Positions 19,418-28,771 of a stretch of DNA of 64,000 nt are shown here, one piece after another. The translations under genes and the position numbers were made by a program. The notes under the pieces are model-generated. The model searched no databases. It saw only the letters and a program-made list of their open reading frames with translations, and had not been told where the DNA came from. The DNA comes from an uncultured virus (IMG/VR IMGVR_UViG_3300045284_000132) (Duplodnaviria > Heunggongvirae > Uroviricota > Caudoviricetes). How positions within the stretch are numbered: the stretch's first letter is position 1; each line of letters opens with the position of its first letter. Where the stretch lies: the IMG/VR virus record IMGVR_UViG_3300045284_000132; one strand, given 5' to 3'.

Positions 19418-19809
19418 AAAGCTCCGTGACGTTTGAGTGTAGCGAGCACATGATCGGGCGCATCGCGTAAACCGAGACTGCCGCCCGTCAACACAAACGG
19501 GAAGCGTCGCGCGTTTTCGAACACGAATGCATACGGTCCAATGAAGTATTTGCTGCGATGATGTTCGACTACATCAACAAGATCAGCAATTCCAATCACT
19601 GCACCCGTTCGCATGTCGTCGGGATATATATCGCGCAGTGCGCCGCCACGTTCGCAAACGATGTCGGACACGTCGCGATCATCCCACTTCAGACCGGCGT
19701 GAATTAGAACCGGCCCGCGATATTCCGTTGACCACGTGCGATTCTCGACAGGCTTGATACCCGCGACAATCAACGCAGCCCACGGCTGACGTACAGTTAG
19801 CATTTTCAT
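19414..19809 (-). CDS. ASCH domain protein
   Basis: MLTVRQPWAALIVAGIKPVENRTWSTEYRGPVLIHAG. Confidence 0.92.
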   Translation of the reverse strand: MKMLTVRQPWAALIVAGIKPVENRTWSTEYRGPVLIHAGLKWDDRDVSDIVCERGGALRDIYPDDMRTGAVIGIADLVDVVEHHRSKYFIGPYAFVFENARRFPFVLTGGSLGLRDAPDHVLATLKRHGAL

Positions 19810-19916
19810 TGTAGGCTCCTGTAACGTTGAGACGCGATGCAAGTCGCGTCAGTGTTCATCATGAACACTAGCAAGGACAGCGCGCGATTGCTCGCGCGTG
19901 CCCTTGGTGGTGCTCA
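19810..19916 (-). promoter_or_regulatory. Conserved structured leader, copy 6
   Basis: UGAGCACCACCAAGG..GCAA loop..CCUUGCUAGUGUUCAU-G-AUGAACACU-GACGCGA-CUUGCA-UCGCGUC..CAGGAGCCUACA-AUG. Confidence 0.9.
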
Positions 19917-20387
19917 GCGTTTCGTTTTCTTGCTACGCTTCGGCGTTTTGTGCAAGCGCATGATGCGACGAAAGTGCGCGCCGCTGATCTTGCGATGCTT
20001 CAACAACTCGAACGCGATGGCAATGATTTCGCTGCGATACAGCGTCACCATTTCGTGCGCTTGTGCGCATGCTGCGCGTCCGATGCGGAGATGACCACGC
20101 TGCTTGAAGCAGTTGATCAACGTCTCATGAAACGCTAGCAGATCGCGATCGCTGCCGCCGATATCGTCGCCGAGAATGACGTGTTCGGCTTCAACGCCCG
20201 CACGATCAACAACAAGATCGTCAAATGGTTCTGCACAGTAGCGCGACTGCGTGAGACCGCGACCATCGTGCAACAGCTTCGCCCATTCGACGTGTCGATC
20301 GCCATCGAGCACATATCCGATGACCATGTGACCGGCTTCATGCATTGCTACGTGAAGTCGATGTTTGCTTTTGGAGAATTTCGACAT
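19914..20387 (-). CDS. Small Zn-metalloprotease-like protein (HEXXH, FtsH/M41-protease-like domain)
   Basis: AMHEAGHMVI, AGVEAE, GSDRD. Confidence 0.75.
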   Translation of the reverse strand: MSKFSKSKHRLHVAMHEAGHMVIGYVLDGDRHVEWAKLLHDGRGLTQSRYCAEPFDDLVVDRAGVEAEHVILGDDIGGSDRDLLAFHETLINCFKQRGHLRIGRAACAQAHEMVTLYRSEIIAIAFELLKHRKISGAHFRRIMRLHKTPKRSKKTKR

Positions 20388-20490
20388 TGTAGGCTCCTGA
20401 GTTTGATTGCTCGCGATGCAAGGCGCGAGAGTGATCGATGATCACTAGCAAAGCGTCACGCGTTGAAGCGTGACGCCTTGGTGGCGATCA
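20388..20490 (-). promoter_or_regulatory. Conserved structured leader, copy 5
   Basis: UGAUCGCCACCAAGG...CUUUGCUAGUGAUC-AUC-GAUCACU-CUCGCG-CCUUGCAU-CGCGAG..CAGGAGCCUACA-AUG. Confidence 0.9.
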
Positions 20491-20748
20491 GTCTCCTGAT
20501 TCGTGTATGTGCTGAATGTAATACTCGCGAATCTCGCGAGCAGCATTGATCAGCGTGTCATAGTCGTAGGTGACGGGCTCGACTTGCTTCGCGTACAACG
20601 GCAGCACGCGATCGCGAATCCAATCCATCCACCCCATGACGCTGAGGTTATTGCGAGCCATCAGCTTGTGCAACTGATAAAACTCGCCAGTGTTAGTCGT
20701 GAACAGAACGAGGTCGTGCTGTTCGATCAGGCGTGGCGGGTTTTTCAT
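20488..20748 (-). CDS. Hypothetical protein (86 aa)
   Basis: ATGA-coupled to the upstream ORF. Confidence 0.7.
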   Translation of the reverse strand: MKNPPRLIEQHDLVLFTTNTGEFYQLHKLMARNNLSVMGWMDWIRDRVLPLYAKQVEPVTYDYDTLINAAREIREYYIQHIHESGD

Positions 20749-20966
20749 GACTGATAGACCTCCGCGTCAGCCCAACTGACTTGCGGCCAATTCTGCGGCT
20801 GCTTCGTTTCGAGACCGCGATGGAAGCGGTAGCGATTTTCGTGTGCGAAGCACGCGCAGCACAAGATAAGATTGCCGCCGCCGCCGAGAGGATAGATACG
20901 AACCTCGCCAAACGTTGATCGACAATAACTGCCACTGCAGTTTGCGTTGTGAGTCTTGTAGGACAT
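20745..20966 (-). CDS. Small Cys-rich (putative Zn-binding) protein
   Basis: NCSGSYC...GGNLILCCACF; follows a conserved leader. Confidence 0.75.
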   Translation of the reverse strand: MSYKTHNANCSGSYCRSTFGEVRIYPLGGGGNLILCCACFAHENRYRFHRGLETKQPQNWPQVSWADAEVYQS

Positions 20967-21062
20967 TCTTAGGCTCCTGATAGAGAAAACGCGATGCAAG
21001 TCGCGTTAGTGTTCGTTATGAACACTATGAGACGGCGCAACGCGCGCCGTCCTTAGTGATCA
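20967..21062 (-). promoter_or_regulatory. Conserved structured leader, copy 4
   Basis: UGAUCACUAAGG...CUCAUAGUGUUC-AUAAC-GAACACU-AACGCGA-CUUGCA-UCGCGUU..CAGGAGCCUAAGA-AUG. Confidence 0.9.
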
Positions 21063-21110
21063 GTGATGTCGAGCTAGCATGCGAGTCGATATGACTGCTC
21101 GCTCGGTGCA

Positions 21111-22616
21111 TCAGTGGGCACCTACGTCAATGCCCGGAGCATTCCAAGGAGTGCGCTTCAGATATTCGCGCACGACTTGCGGATAGCCCGTGACAGCAAA
21201 CAGAACCGGGCAATCAGGCTCGGGTCCGGGGCTGTCAAATTCTAGATCAGTGAAGTTAACGATCAGGGAAGCGTCAGGCTCATTCTCTGCTACCCAATCA
21301 AACAATGGGCGCATGTCAGTGCCACCGCCACCCTTCGGGTCGAATTCGATTTGATCGGTTGAAACGTATCGATCAACTCGGGTGACGCGCGTGTCACCGT
21401 AGACCACGATCGCTTCGTTGATTGCTCCGTCGTCAAGCGCGCCTTGCGCTTCACGCGCGACACAAGCGAGCGCAATGTCATCCATTGAACCCGAAGTGTC
21501 GATCAGAAACACGACTTTGTTCACACCGTCGCGCTGCGTGCCGGGAAGTATCATTCCCTGCCCGATGAAGCGGCGGTTCGGTCGGTTCCACGTTGCAATT
21601 GTAGTTGCGCCCTGATCGATCCAAGCTCGAAAGACTTCGCGCCAATCTTGCTTCGGTTCGTTCATGCGCGCAATCTCGCGAGTCATGTAACCCGGCAGAT
21701 CGCCCGCTTTCTTTGCGAGTGCGATTGCTTGCCGCGTTATCACTTCCCAACGCGAGTCTTGCTCAGCGATTTCCGCTTGCGTGTCTGCGGCGTCTAACAC
21801 TTCGCCGCACATGCCGGGATCGCCGCTGCTTTGCGGCTCGCTGTCGTCAGCGTCAGTGTCGCTCACAGCGTTGCCGCTGTCAGTTTCACTGTCGTCACTG
21901 TCGGCATTCGCTTGACCGTTACCAGTCGCGCTCGCGCTGTCAGTTTCGTTAGCGGCGTCGTCGTCGCTGTCACCGTTGCCGGTGGCGCTTTCGTCGTCGT
22001 CGCTGTCGCTGTTGCCGTCGTCGCTTTCGTCGGCGTCGTCACCTTGTTGATCGTTGCCGTTGTCGTCGGCGTCAGTGTCGCTTTCGTCAGCTTCACTGTC
22101 GTCGTTCGTTTCGTCGCTGTCGTCGTTCGACTGTTCATCGTTCGACTCGTTTTCGTCAGCGTCGTTGGCATCGTCGTCACTCTGTTGCTGTTGTTGCTGT
22201 TCGCGTGCTCGATCAAGCTCACGACAGCGATAAATATCTTCGGCAGACATACCTTGATATTTGGGATCGAACAAGCGTCCCTCGGGAAGCTCGAACCCTT
22301 CAGACAACAAGTCACCGTTGATGGCAAGATCACAGCAGATATTCCATTCCTGATGATCACGAAAACCGCGTCGAGATGAATGGTGGCGGGCATCGTGTTC
22401 GGTTTCGTGCGCTTGTACGCCCAGCAATTGCTTTTGCGTCAGCTTCGCAACGAATTCAGGATTGTAGAAGTGAGTCTTACCGTCAGTCGCCATCGTGGGC
22501 ACAGCCCGCGTTGGCTTCGGCATGACGTTCGCGACTAGCGTGCCGTAGAACACGCGCGACGCGATCAACTCGGCGCGAGCTTTTAGAATGCGCTCGGCTT
22601 GGAGTTTGTCAGTCAT
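21111..22616 (-). CDS. DUF2201-type putative metallopeptidase with acidic linker and VWA-like domain
   Basis: TMATDG, HETEH, WNICCDLAIN; D/S/N-rich linker; IDTSGSM, GGGGTDMRP, FTDL. Confidence 0.88.
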   Translation of the reverse strand: MTDKLQAERILKARAELIASRVFYGTLVANVMPKPTRAVPTMATDGKTHFYNPEFVAKLTQKQLLGVQAHETEHDARHHSSRRGFRDHQEWNICCDLAINGDLLSEGFELPEGRLFDPKYQGMSAEDIYRCRELDRAREQQQQQQSDDDANDADENESNDEQSNDDSDETNDDSEADESDTDADDNGNDQQGDDADESDDGNSDSDDDESATGNGDSDDDAANETDSASATGNGQANADSDDSETDSGNAVSDTDADDSEPQSSGDPGMCGEVLDAADTQAEIAEQDSRWEVITRQAIALAKKAGDLPGYMTREIARMNEPKQDWREVFRAWIDQGATTIATWNRPNRRFIGQGMILPGTQRDGVNKVVFLIDTSGSMDDIALACVAREAQGALDDGAINEAIVVYGDTRVTRVDRYVSTDQIEFDPKGGGGTDMRPLFDWVAENEPDASLIVNFTDLEFDSPGPEPDCPVLFAVTGYPQVVREYLKRTPWNAPGIDVGAH

Positions 22617-22726
22617 TGTAGGCTCCTGATGTAGTAGGACACGCGATGCAAGTCGCGCGAGCGATCGAATGATCACTAGCAAACGCAGCGCGCTGATTTC
22701 TCAGCGCGTGCGCTTGGTGGCGATCA
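22617..22726 (-). promoter_or_regulatory. Conserved structured leader, copy 3
   Basis: UGAUCGCCACCAAGC..GAAA loop..GUUUGCUAGUGAUC-AUUC-GAUCGCU-CGCGCGA-CUUGCA-UCGCGUG..CAGGAGCCUACA-AUG. Confidence 0.9.
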
Positions 22727-23779
22727 AGCAAGATATTTCGAAACGTCGGCGAGAATTTCTTCCGCTGACTTTTGCACAGACACGCGAACACTGTCATCCT
22801 TGCGGAGTGTTTCGGCATCGTCACCGCACAACTCTTTCAGAATGCGATCAGTGATCTGCGTCAGTGTCTTGTCGCCGGTCATGTTGAATGACGGCAGCAA
22901 GCGTCCAAGCTCGCGGACATTCTCGACAAGCGAGTCGGTGAAAAAAGCGCGCTGCGCAGTGTCAGGCGCTTTTTTCTTTTGGGCGCTCATGTATTTGATG
23001 GCGTCAGATTTCTTGGCGAAATCTTTAGAGTTGCCATCAGGACTTTGAACGCACCACGCGTTTTTGCGATTGGTCTTGAACAGTGACCACGCGCTGTTGC
23101 TGCTGAGCGTCGTTGTATACTCAGCAAGTTTTTCTGCCATGTGACCCACGACTTTTGCGATTTGCTCATGTGTGTGTTTCATGACGTTGTTAGTTGCTTG
23201 CTGACTGCAGGCTTCGATTTCTGCTCTGATGTCGGCTTCAGTGTCGGCATCTAAGTCTGATCGAAAGTCGGCAGCATCAGGCAGGCTGCTGATATGCAGA
23301 TCGAGTTGAAACTTTGATCTGATCTCGCTTGCTGCCGGATAATCTGCAGCGTTGAACAGCGTGCCAAGATTGGCACGACGCTCCTCAACATATTGCGGAT
23401 AGTCGCGGCAGAAGTCGTCAGCAGCTTGATGAAAGTCGCGCTTGATTTCTCGAAACTTAGTTGAGAATTCACCAAACAACGCGTTTGGCAACACGCGCGC
23501 GCCCTCATCTGCCCACGGCTTTGTCATCTTGTAATGCAAAGCACGTGCGGCGCTTACCATTTTTGTGATCGCTTCCAATCGCTCGGCTTCGATCAACAAC
23601 TTGTTGTAGCGCCCTGCATTCTCGGCTGCACCGTGTTTTTCGTTCACTTCGCGAGTGACGCGCTTGTCAAGTCGTCGCGCTGTCCACTGTGAGATGGTGA
23701 CAGACGCTAGGACTGCTTTGCGCGACAGCGGCGAAGCAACTGGCGCAGTCGAAGTCAGCATTTGGGTTTTAGCTAACAT
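22724..23779 (-). CDS. DUF3150-like phage protein
   Basis: AVLASVTISQWTARRLDK, TKPWADEGARVLP, LGTLFNAADYP, LLPSFNMTGD; lies between the AAA and DUF2201 genes. Confidence 0.65.
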   Translation of the reverse strand: MLAKTQMLTSTAPVASPLSRKAVLASVTISQWTARRLDKRVTREVNEKHGAAENAGRYNKLLIEAERLEAITKMVSAARALHYKMTKPWADEGARVLPNALFGEFSTKFREIKRDFHQAADDFCRDYPQYVEERRANLGTLFNAADYPAASEIRSKFQLDLHISSLPDAADFRSDLDADTEADIRAEIEACSQQATNNVMKHTHEQIAKVVGHMAEKLAEYTTTLSSNSAWSLFKTNRKNAWCVQSPDGNSKDFAKKSDAIKYMSAQKKKAPDTAQRAFFTDSLVENVRELGRLLPSFNMTGDKTLTQITDRILKELCGDDAETLRKDDSVRVSVQKSAEEILADVSKYLA

Positions 23780-23875
23780 TGTAGGCTCCTGATAGTTTGA
23801 AAGTAACCCGATGCAAGTCGGGAGCGTTCGGGATGAACACTATGACAGCGCCCGTGGGCGCTGCTTTAGTGATCA
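23780..23875 (-). promoter_or_regulatory. Conserved structured leader, copy 2
   Basis: UGAUCACUAAAG...UCAUAGUGUUC-AUCCC-GAACGCU-CCCGA-CUUGCA-UCGGG..CAGGAGCCUACA-AUG. Confidence 0.9.
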
Positions 23876-24874
23876 CTGAATCAAGACATCTTGATTCTTC
23901 ACAGCCCAATTTCCATAGGCTGCGATGTTCTTTAGGTTCTCATCTCGGCGCGTTGCATCAGTAACTGCCAAGATTTGAAATTCGCGCGGCAATCTCTCGG
24001 CGTACTTGACGACTGCCGGGAAATTTTTGCGCGTCGCCATTCGCGCGATGCCGGTGCAAACGGCATATCGCGCGGACGGCTCAGACGGAACGTCTGCGCT
24101 CTCAGGGTTTGCGATGATGTCATCGAGTGAACCCAGCGAGCGATACAAACGAATGAACCCTTCAAGCTCACCCGCGACAGCGTCGCCGATAAGCCCCGCA
24201 AACAAGTCGTGCCGCAGATCATCGGGCGCACCGACATACTTGCTGCACTTTGTGAGTGAGCGAGGAGTCGGAAACGCGTTTTCGTCACCGTTCGGCATGA
24301 CGTGAATGAATTCACGACGAAAACGAACGAACGCGATAATTTCAGGCGCAACATTGTTTGCAACTGCCCATGTCGTCCATGCATCAACATCAACGCAGAT
24401 GTCGATGTGTGCGAAGCGATTGCGCAACGCTGTAGGCATGCGTTGTGCTGCTGCGCGGTCTCTGACGCGATTGCCCGCTGCGACGATCGTCCACCCATCG
24501 GGCAAACGATATTCGCCAATCTTTCGTTCGAGGACGAGACCCATGCACACTGCCATCACTTGCGCGCTGGCGGTGTTCATCTCATCAAGAAACAAAGTGC
24601 CGCGCGGACCGTCACGATCAGCGCGAGGCAATTCGTCAGGGGTGAACCATCGAGTCGTGCACGTCTTGATGTCGGTGACAGGCACGCCCCGAAAATCGAC
24701 AGGCTCGCGAAGATTGGTGCGAAGCTCGATCACGGGACGCTTGTCAGCGGCAGACTCTTGATTCGAAACGTCGGTCTTGCCAATTCCCGGTGCGCCCCAC
24801 AGGAAGACAGGTTCATTCTGCTTCATGTAGTAGGAAAGCAAACGCGCGGCTTTGGCAATGTTAACTTCTGGCAT
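23873..24874 (-). CDS. MoxR/dynein-related AAA+ ATPase
   Basis: WGAPGIGKT, LFLDEMN, AAGNR, ALRNRF, FPTPRS. Confidence 0.92.
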   Translation of the reverse strand: MPEVNIAKAARLLSYYMKQNEPVFLWGAPGIGKTDVSNQESAADKRPVIELRTNLREPVDFRGVPVTDIKTCTTRWFTPDELPRADRDGPRGTLFLDEMNTASAQVMAVCMGLVLERKIGEYRLPDGWTIVAAGNRVRDRAAAQRMPTALRNRFAHIDICVDVDAWTTWAVANNVAPEIIAFVRFRREFIHVMPNGDENAFPTPRSLTKCSKYVGAPDDLRHDLFAGLIGDAVAGELEGFIRLYRSLGSLDDIIANPESADVPSEPSARYAVCTGIARMATRKNFPAVVKYAERLPREFQILAVTDATRRDENLKNIAAYGNWAVKNQDVLIQ

Positions 24875-24979
24875 TGTAGGCTCCTGATAGTTAGGAAATG
24901 CTCGATGCAAGTCGAGCAGATACGCGACAGCGCATCATGAGACAGTCGAGCAAATTTATCACTCGACTGTCCTTGATAC
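24875..24979 (-). promoter_or_regulatory. Conserved structured leader, copy 1
   Basis: GUAUCAAGG...CUCAUGAUGCGC-UGUC-GCGUAUC-UGCUCGA-CUUGCA-UCGAGCA..CAGGAGCCUACA-AUG. Confidence 0.9.
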
Positions 24980-25608
24980 ACTAATGCAGCGCGCGTCAGG
25001 AAACGGCGCTGCATGTTGACCCTCCTAAGCGGAGAGCCCTTGATCAGATTCACGATGGGAAAAAACGCGTGCTTGAATTGTGGGGCTGACGAAGTTTTCA
25101 GCGCGCAACGATCAACTCGGATCGCGCGCAGGTACTGACGCTTGTCTCTGCTTACTTACATTCGCATCGCTTCCGGCGACGCCCCGTCCCTGTGATGATC
25201 ACGCTTGCAACGCGATCATCGAACAGCACGCTAACACTGATTCAGATTTCTTGATCGCATCGCATCGCATGAAGCTAGTGGCGTTTTCGGATCGTCGTTG
25301 TTCGTCTCGGCGCGAGAGCATCGCGACGATTCACAACTGCCTACTAACAGCGGTCGCCAACGCGGCGGCGCGATCAAGGAAGTCGTCTGATTCAGTTGTC
25401 AAATAGCGAAAGCTCAAAAGCACTAGATCAGCGTTTTCAAGCTCAACTTGAATATCGCAAATCCACAGTTACGCGTCAATCTTTATCCCTACGGGCAAGC
25501 TATTGAAATCACAGGCGAATTTAGGTCGAACATCGCAGAAACGTTGATTCTATTGACTTTCTGGCATGTGCGACGGGCGGTAATGTCACCAACGGTAGCG
25601 GTAGCGCA

Positions 25609-26265
25609 ATGGCCGATGAAGCTGGAATCATCTCAACTGATGTCGCGGTCAAGTTGTTGTTGCTCGATAACGCAAAGGAGTTGCAAGCGCTATCAGCGGC
25701 GGGCTGGTTTAATCGCGTGGGGATCAACCGGTGGCGCACTGTTGAATTGGTGCACGGTCGCATCAAACAATTGAAGCAAGCCGCAGATCTTGTCAGCAGC
25801 GGTCGCCTCGCAGAAATATTCAACGTGCATCACACACAGCTTTTGAAGCTCGAACGCGAGGGCTGGTTTCGACGCGAAGCGAACAATCAATGGTCGCTGA
25901 TCAAAGTCATCGGCGGGGTCATGCGCTACTACACGGACCCGGCGCGTCGCGCGAATAAGTCAGCGACAGAGTCGAGGGTCGGTCAAGCTCGCGCGCGAGA
26001 AATCGAGTTGCGCACGGCGCAGCGCGCTGGCGAATTGTGCGAGACTGCGGAAGCTGTCGCGCTGGTCGATGACATCGTTGGAATGCTACGCGCTGATCTG
26101 TCGGGGTTGCCTGCAATGGTAACGCGTGATCTTGTTATCAGGCGCGACATTGAAAAGGCGTTGAATGACATCCTCAATCGAATCTCGGCGCGTCTCATCT
26201 TGCAAGCCGACAGTTTGGAAAAGAGCGGGGAAGTTGCTATCCGTCCCGTCGCTCTCGACTCCTGA
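25609..26265 (+). CDS. terS: Terminase small subunit (Nu1-like)
   Basis: HTH-like N-terminal half and coiled coil ARAREIELRTAQRAGEL; immediately before the large subunit. Confidence 0.8.
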   Translation: MADEAGIISTDVAVKLLLLDNAKELQALSAAGWFNRVGINRWRTVELVHGRIKQLKQAADLVSSGRLAEIFNVHHTQLLKLEREGWFRREANNQWSLIKVIGGVMRYYTDPARRANKSATESRVGQARAREIELRTAQRAGELCETAEAVALVDDIVGMLRADLSGLPAMVTRDLVIRRDIEKALNDILNRISARLILQADSLEKSGEVAIRPVALDS

Positions 26266-28207
26266 CGAATGGGCGACGCACAATCGAACCTACCCGCGCA
26301 CTGCCGCCGTACCGGGACCGCGCGATCCGCTGCTGACGCCCTACGTGGTGCAGATCGAGCGCGCGATTGCGGGATGTCTCACGAAGCGGATCGTCGTCGT
26401 CACTGCAGCGCAGGCTGGCAAAACTGATCTGCTGCTCGACGTGGCGGGCTGGCGTCTCGATCAGCGGCCCGCGCCGATCCTGTACGTCGGGCCGAACAAG
26501 CAATTCCTAACTGAGCAATTCGAGCCGCGCATCATGCTGCTGCTCGATGAAGCGCCGAGTCTCGCCGACAAAGTCGCGCGCGGAAAGCGCATGACGAAGA
26601 CGCGCAAAATAATTGCAGGCGTTCCGTTTCGTCTCGCGCATGCCGGATCGTCGGCGGCGTTGAAGTCCGATCCTGCCGCGCTGGCACTTGTTGATGAATA
26701 CGATGAGATGCTGGCGAACATCAAAGGGCAAGGCGATCCGCTTGGCCTAGTCGAGCGACGCGGAGACACGTATGCCGATTTCTGTTGCGCTGTTACTTCG
26801 ACGCCGAGACGTGGCGTCGCGGAATCACTGCGCGATGAGACAAGCGGCTTGATTTTCTGGTGCGACGCGCCAGCGGAAGACATCTATGAGAGTCCGATCT
26901 GGCGGCTATGGCAGCAAGGATCGAAGCATCATTGGTGCTGGCCTTGTCCGCAATGCAAAAGCTATTTCGTCCCGCGCTTTGATTTGATGCAATTCGATCA
27001 CACGCTGCCGCCTGTTGAGGCGGCGAAGTCGGTTTATTTGCTGTGCCCGTCATGCGGCGGCATTATCAATAACAGTCACAAAACATGGATGAACAGCAAG
27101 GGGCTGTTCGTTGCGCCCGGTCAACACGTCGAGGATGGCGCGGTCGTCGGCGAAGCGCTGACGACTGACACGCTTTCGTATTGGGTTTCAGGTCTCGCGT
27201 CGCCGTTTGTGACGTTCGAGGATCGCGTCAAGTCATATCTGCAAGCTGCAGAGATGAACGATCCCGCGATGGTGCAGACGGCGATCAACGCTGGCTTCGG
27301 CGAGCTATATGCACCGGGCGGCGGGAACATCAAGGATTGGCAGCGCGTCGCGCAGCGCAAAGGTACGCATCGCTTTGGTGAATTGCCTGATGAAGTCGTG
27401 CGCGTGTCGGCAGCGATCGACGTGCAAGGCAACGGCTTCTATTATTCGATCAGAGGGTGGGGCGCGCGCGCAACGTCGTGGCAGATCGAAAGCGGTGAGC
27501 TTGCGGGTTACACCGATGAGCCTGAAATCTGGAACGATCTAGCGCATACGCTGACGCAAACATTCGACGGTTTGCCGATCTTGCTCGCGCTGATCGATAC
27601 TGGCTTTCGCCCGAACAAACCGAATTCAGGATCGGACAACGTCACCTACGAATTCTGCCGACGCTTTCGGCGGTTCGTGCGCCCAACGAAAGGATGGGCG
27701 ACGCTGTCGGCACCTATCATGCGCGGCAAAACTCACGTCACGATGCCGGGGCAGCGCGCTGAGATTGGATTGGAATTGGTTCGTCTCGATACCGATTTCT
27801 GGAAACAGCGATTGCATGAACGCTTAGCGTGGCCCGAAAATCAACCGGGCGGATTCTGGCTGAGTGCGGATGCGACTGAGGATTATTGTCGTCAGTTAGT
27901 TAGCGAAGTGCGCACCGTGACGCCATCAGGACGTGCGGAGTGGGTACAGATCGGCAAGCGCAATCACTATCTCGATTGCGAATCAATGAACGAAGCGGCT
28001 GGGCATTTGTTGAATGCTCAAAAAATTCCTGTGGGGATGACGCGCAGCAAAGGCATGGTGCCCACTGCGCCAACAACTCCAACGCAACCGCAAGCAGCGG
28101 AAGCGCAGACGCCTGTCAACGCGCAGCAAACACAACAACGACGCGGGTGGCTTGGCGGTAACAAGACATCGCTCCGTGATCGCGGAGGATGGTTGCAACC
28201 ACGATAA
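26165..28207 (+). CDS. terL: Terminase large subunit, lambda GpA family; start uncertain
   Basis: AAQAGKT, VDEYD, TSTP, CPQC/CPSC, IDVQ, IDTG, RNHYLDC. Confidence 0.95.
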   Translation: MTSSIESRRVSSCKPTVWKRAGKLLSVPSLSTPDEWATHNRTYPRTAAVPGPRDPLLTPYVVQIERAIAGCLTKRIVVVTAAQAGKTDLLLDVAGWRLDQRPAPILYVGPNKQFLTEQFEPRIMLLLDEAPSLADKVARGKRMTKTRKIIAGVPFRLAHAGSSAALKSDPAALALVDEYDEMLANIKGQGDPLGLVERRGDTYADFCCAVTSTPRRGVAESLRDETSGLIFWCDAPAEDIYESPIWRLWQQGSKHHWCWPCPQCKSYFVPRFDLMQFDHTLPPVEAAKSVYLLCPSCGGIINNSHKTWMNSKGLFVAPGQHVEDGAVVGEALTTDTLSYWVSGLASPFVTFEDRVKSYLQAAEMNDPAMVQTAINAGFGELYAPGGGNIKDWQRVAQRKGTHRFGELPDEVVRVSAAIDVQGNGFYYSIRGWGARATSWQIESGELAGYTDEPEIWNDLAHTLTQTFDGLPILLALIDTGFRPNKPNSGSDNVTYEFCRRFRRFVRPTKGWATLSAPIMRGKTHVTMPGQRAEIGLELVRLDTDFWKQRLHERLAWPENQPGGFWLSADATEDYCRQLVSEVRTVTPSGRAEWVQIGKRNHYLDCESMNEAAGHLLNAQKIPVGMTRSKGMVPTAPTTPTQPQAAEAQTPVNAQQTQQRRGWLGGNKTSLRDRGGWLQPR

Positions 28208-28219
28208 AGGAGCAATGAC

Positions 28220-28765
28220 ATGGCTGAGCAGCAGCATGCGGAAAGCGGCAGTCCCGCAACGGTGGACGGAATCTTGAGCAAGGAACATGCGAGCGGTGTG
28301 CTGTCGAAGCGCGGCGGTGTGTGGGCAGCGCCCGAAACGCCGACTGATCCCAGCGGCACCAATCTGCGTCTGCCGACTGAGTACGTGTCGGATGAGGAAG
28401 TGCAGAAAGCGATTCATGATGGCAGCGTCGTCGTCATCGCGATCGGGTCGGACAGTCTGCCATTTGCCGTGCGCAAGAAACCCGAGGAAGGCGAAGTCGT
28501 CATGACGATGGGTGCCGCGCAAGCTGGCACTGCTGAAGCTGGCACTGAGCTTCCGCCAAACTCGCGACCATCGTTGGACGCTGGCGCGCGTCGCATGACA
28601 CCGGATGAAGCCGCCAAGCACGTCGAGCGACTCGCGGATACGCTGATGCCGCGCGTTGTACTGGTGGAAGACCCGGACAAGGAAGCACGCGCCGAACGTC
28701 GCGAAAAGGAGAAAGCGGAAAAGGAGAAAGCGGAAAAGGAGAAAGCTGAGCACAGCAAAAAGTAA
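28220..28765 (+). CDS. Hypothetical protein with C-terminal EKEKA repeats
   Basis: SD AAGGAG; 15-bp tandem repeat near 28703-28750. Confidence 0.65.
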   Translation: MAEQQHAESGSPATVDGILSKEHASGVLSKRGGVWAAPETPTDPSGTNLRLPTEYVSDEEVQKAIHDGSVVVIAIGSDSLPFAVRKKPEEGEVVMTMGAAQAGTAEAGTELPPNSRPSLDAGARRMTPDEAAKHVERLADTLMPRVVLVEDPDKEARAERREKEKAEKEKAEKEKAEHSKK

Positions 28766-28771
28766 TTCGCT

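Noticed and set aside
21780..22200. GTC/GTT-rich low-complexity DNA and the overlapping Val-rich and Thr-rich ORFs
   Set aside because: Explained by the acidic linker of the DUF2201-VWA protein; the other frames are shadows.
18827..24979. Repeated leaders as a CRISPR array or integron attC sites
   Set aside because: Repeats are separated by whole genes, not short spacers; no cas genes; no RYYYAAC/GTTRRRY ends; the integrase does not look like IntI; GNRA loops and G-U bias point to RNA structure.
25440..25600. IHF-like motifs upstream of terS as the packaging site
   Set aside because: AT-rich motifs such as CAAGCTATTGAAA are present, but no cosQ/cosN-like sequence; more likely a divergent promoter region, left uncalled.
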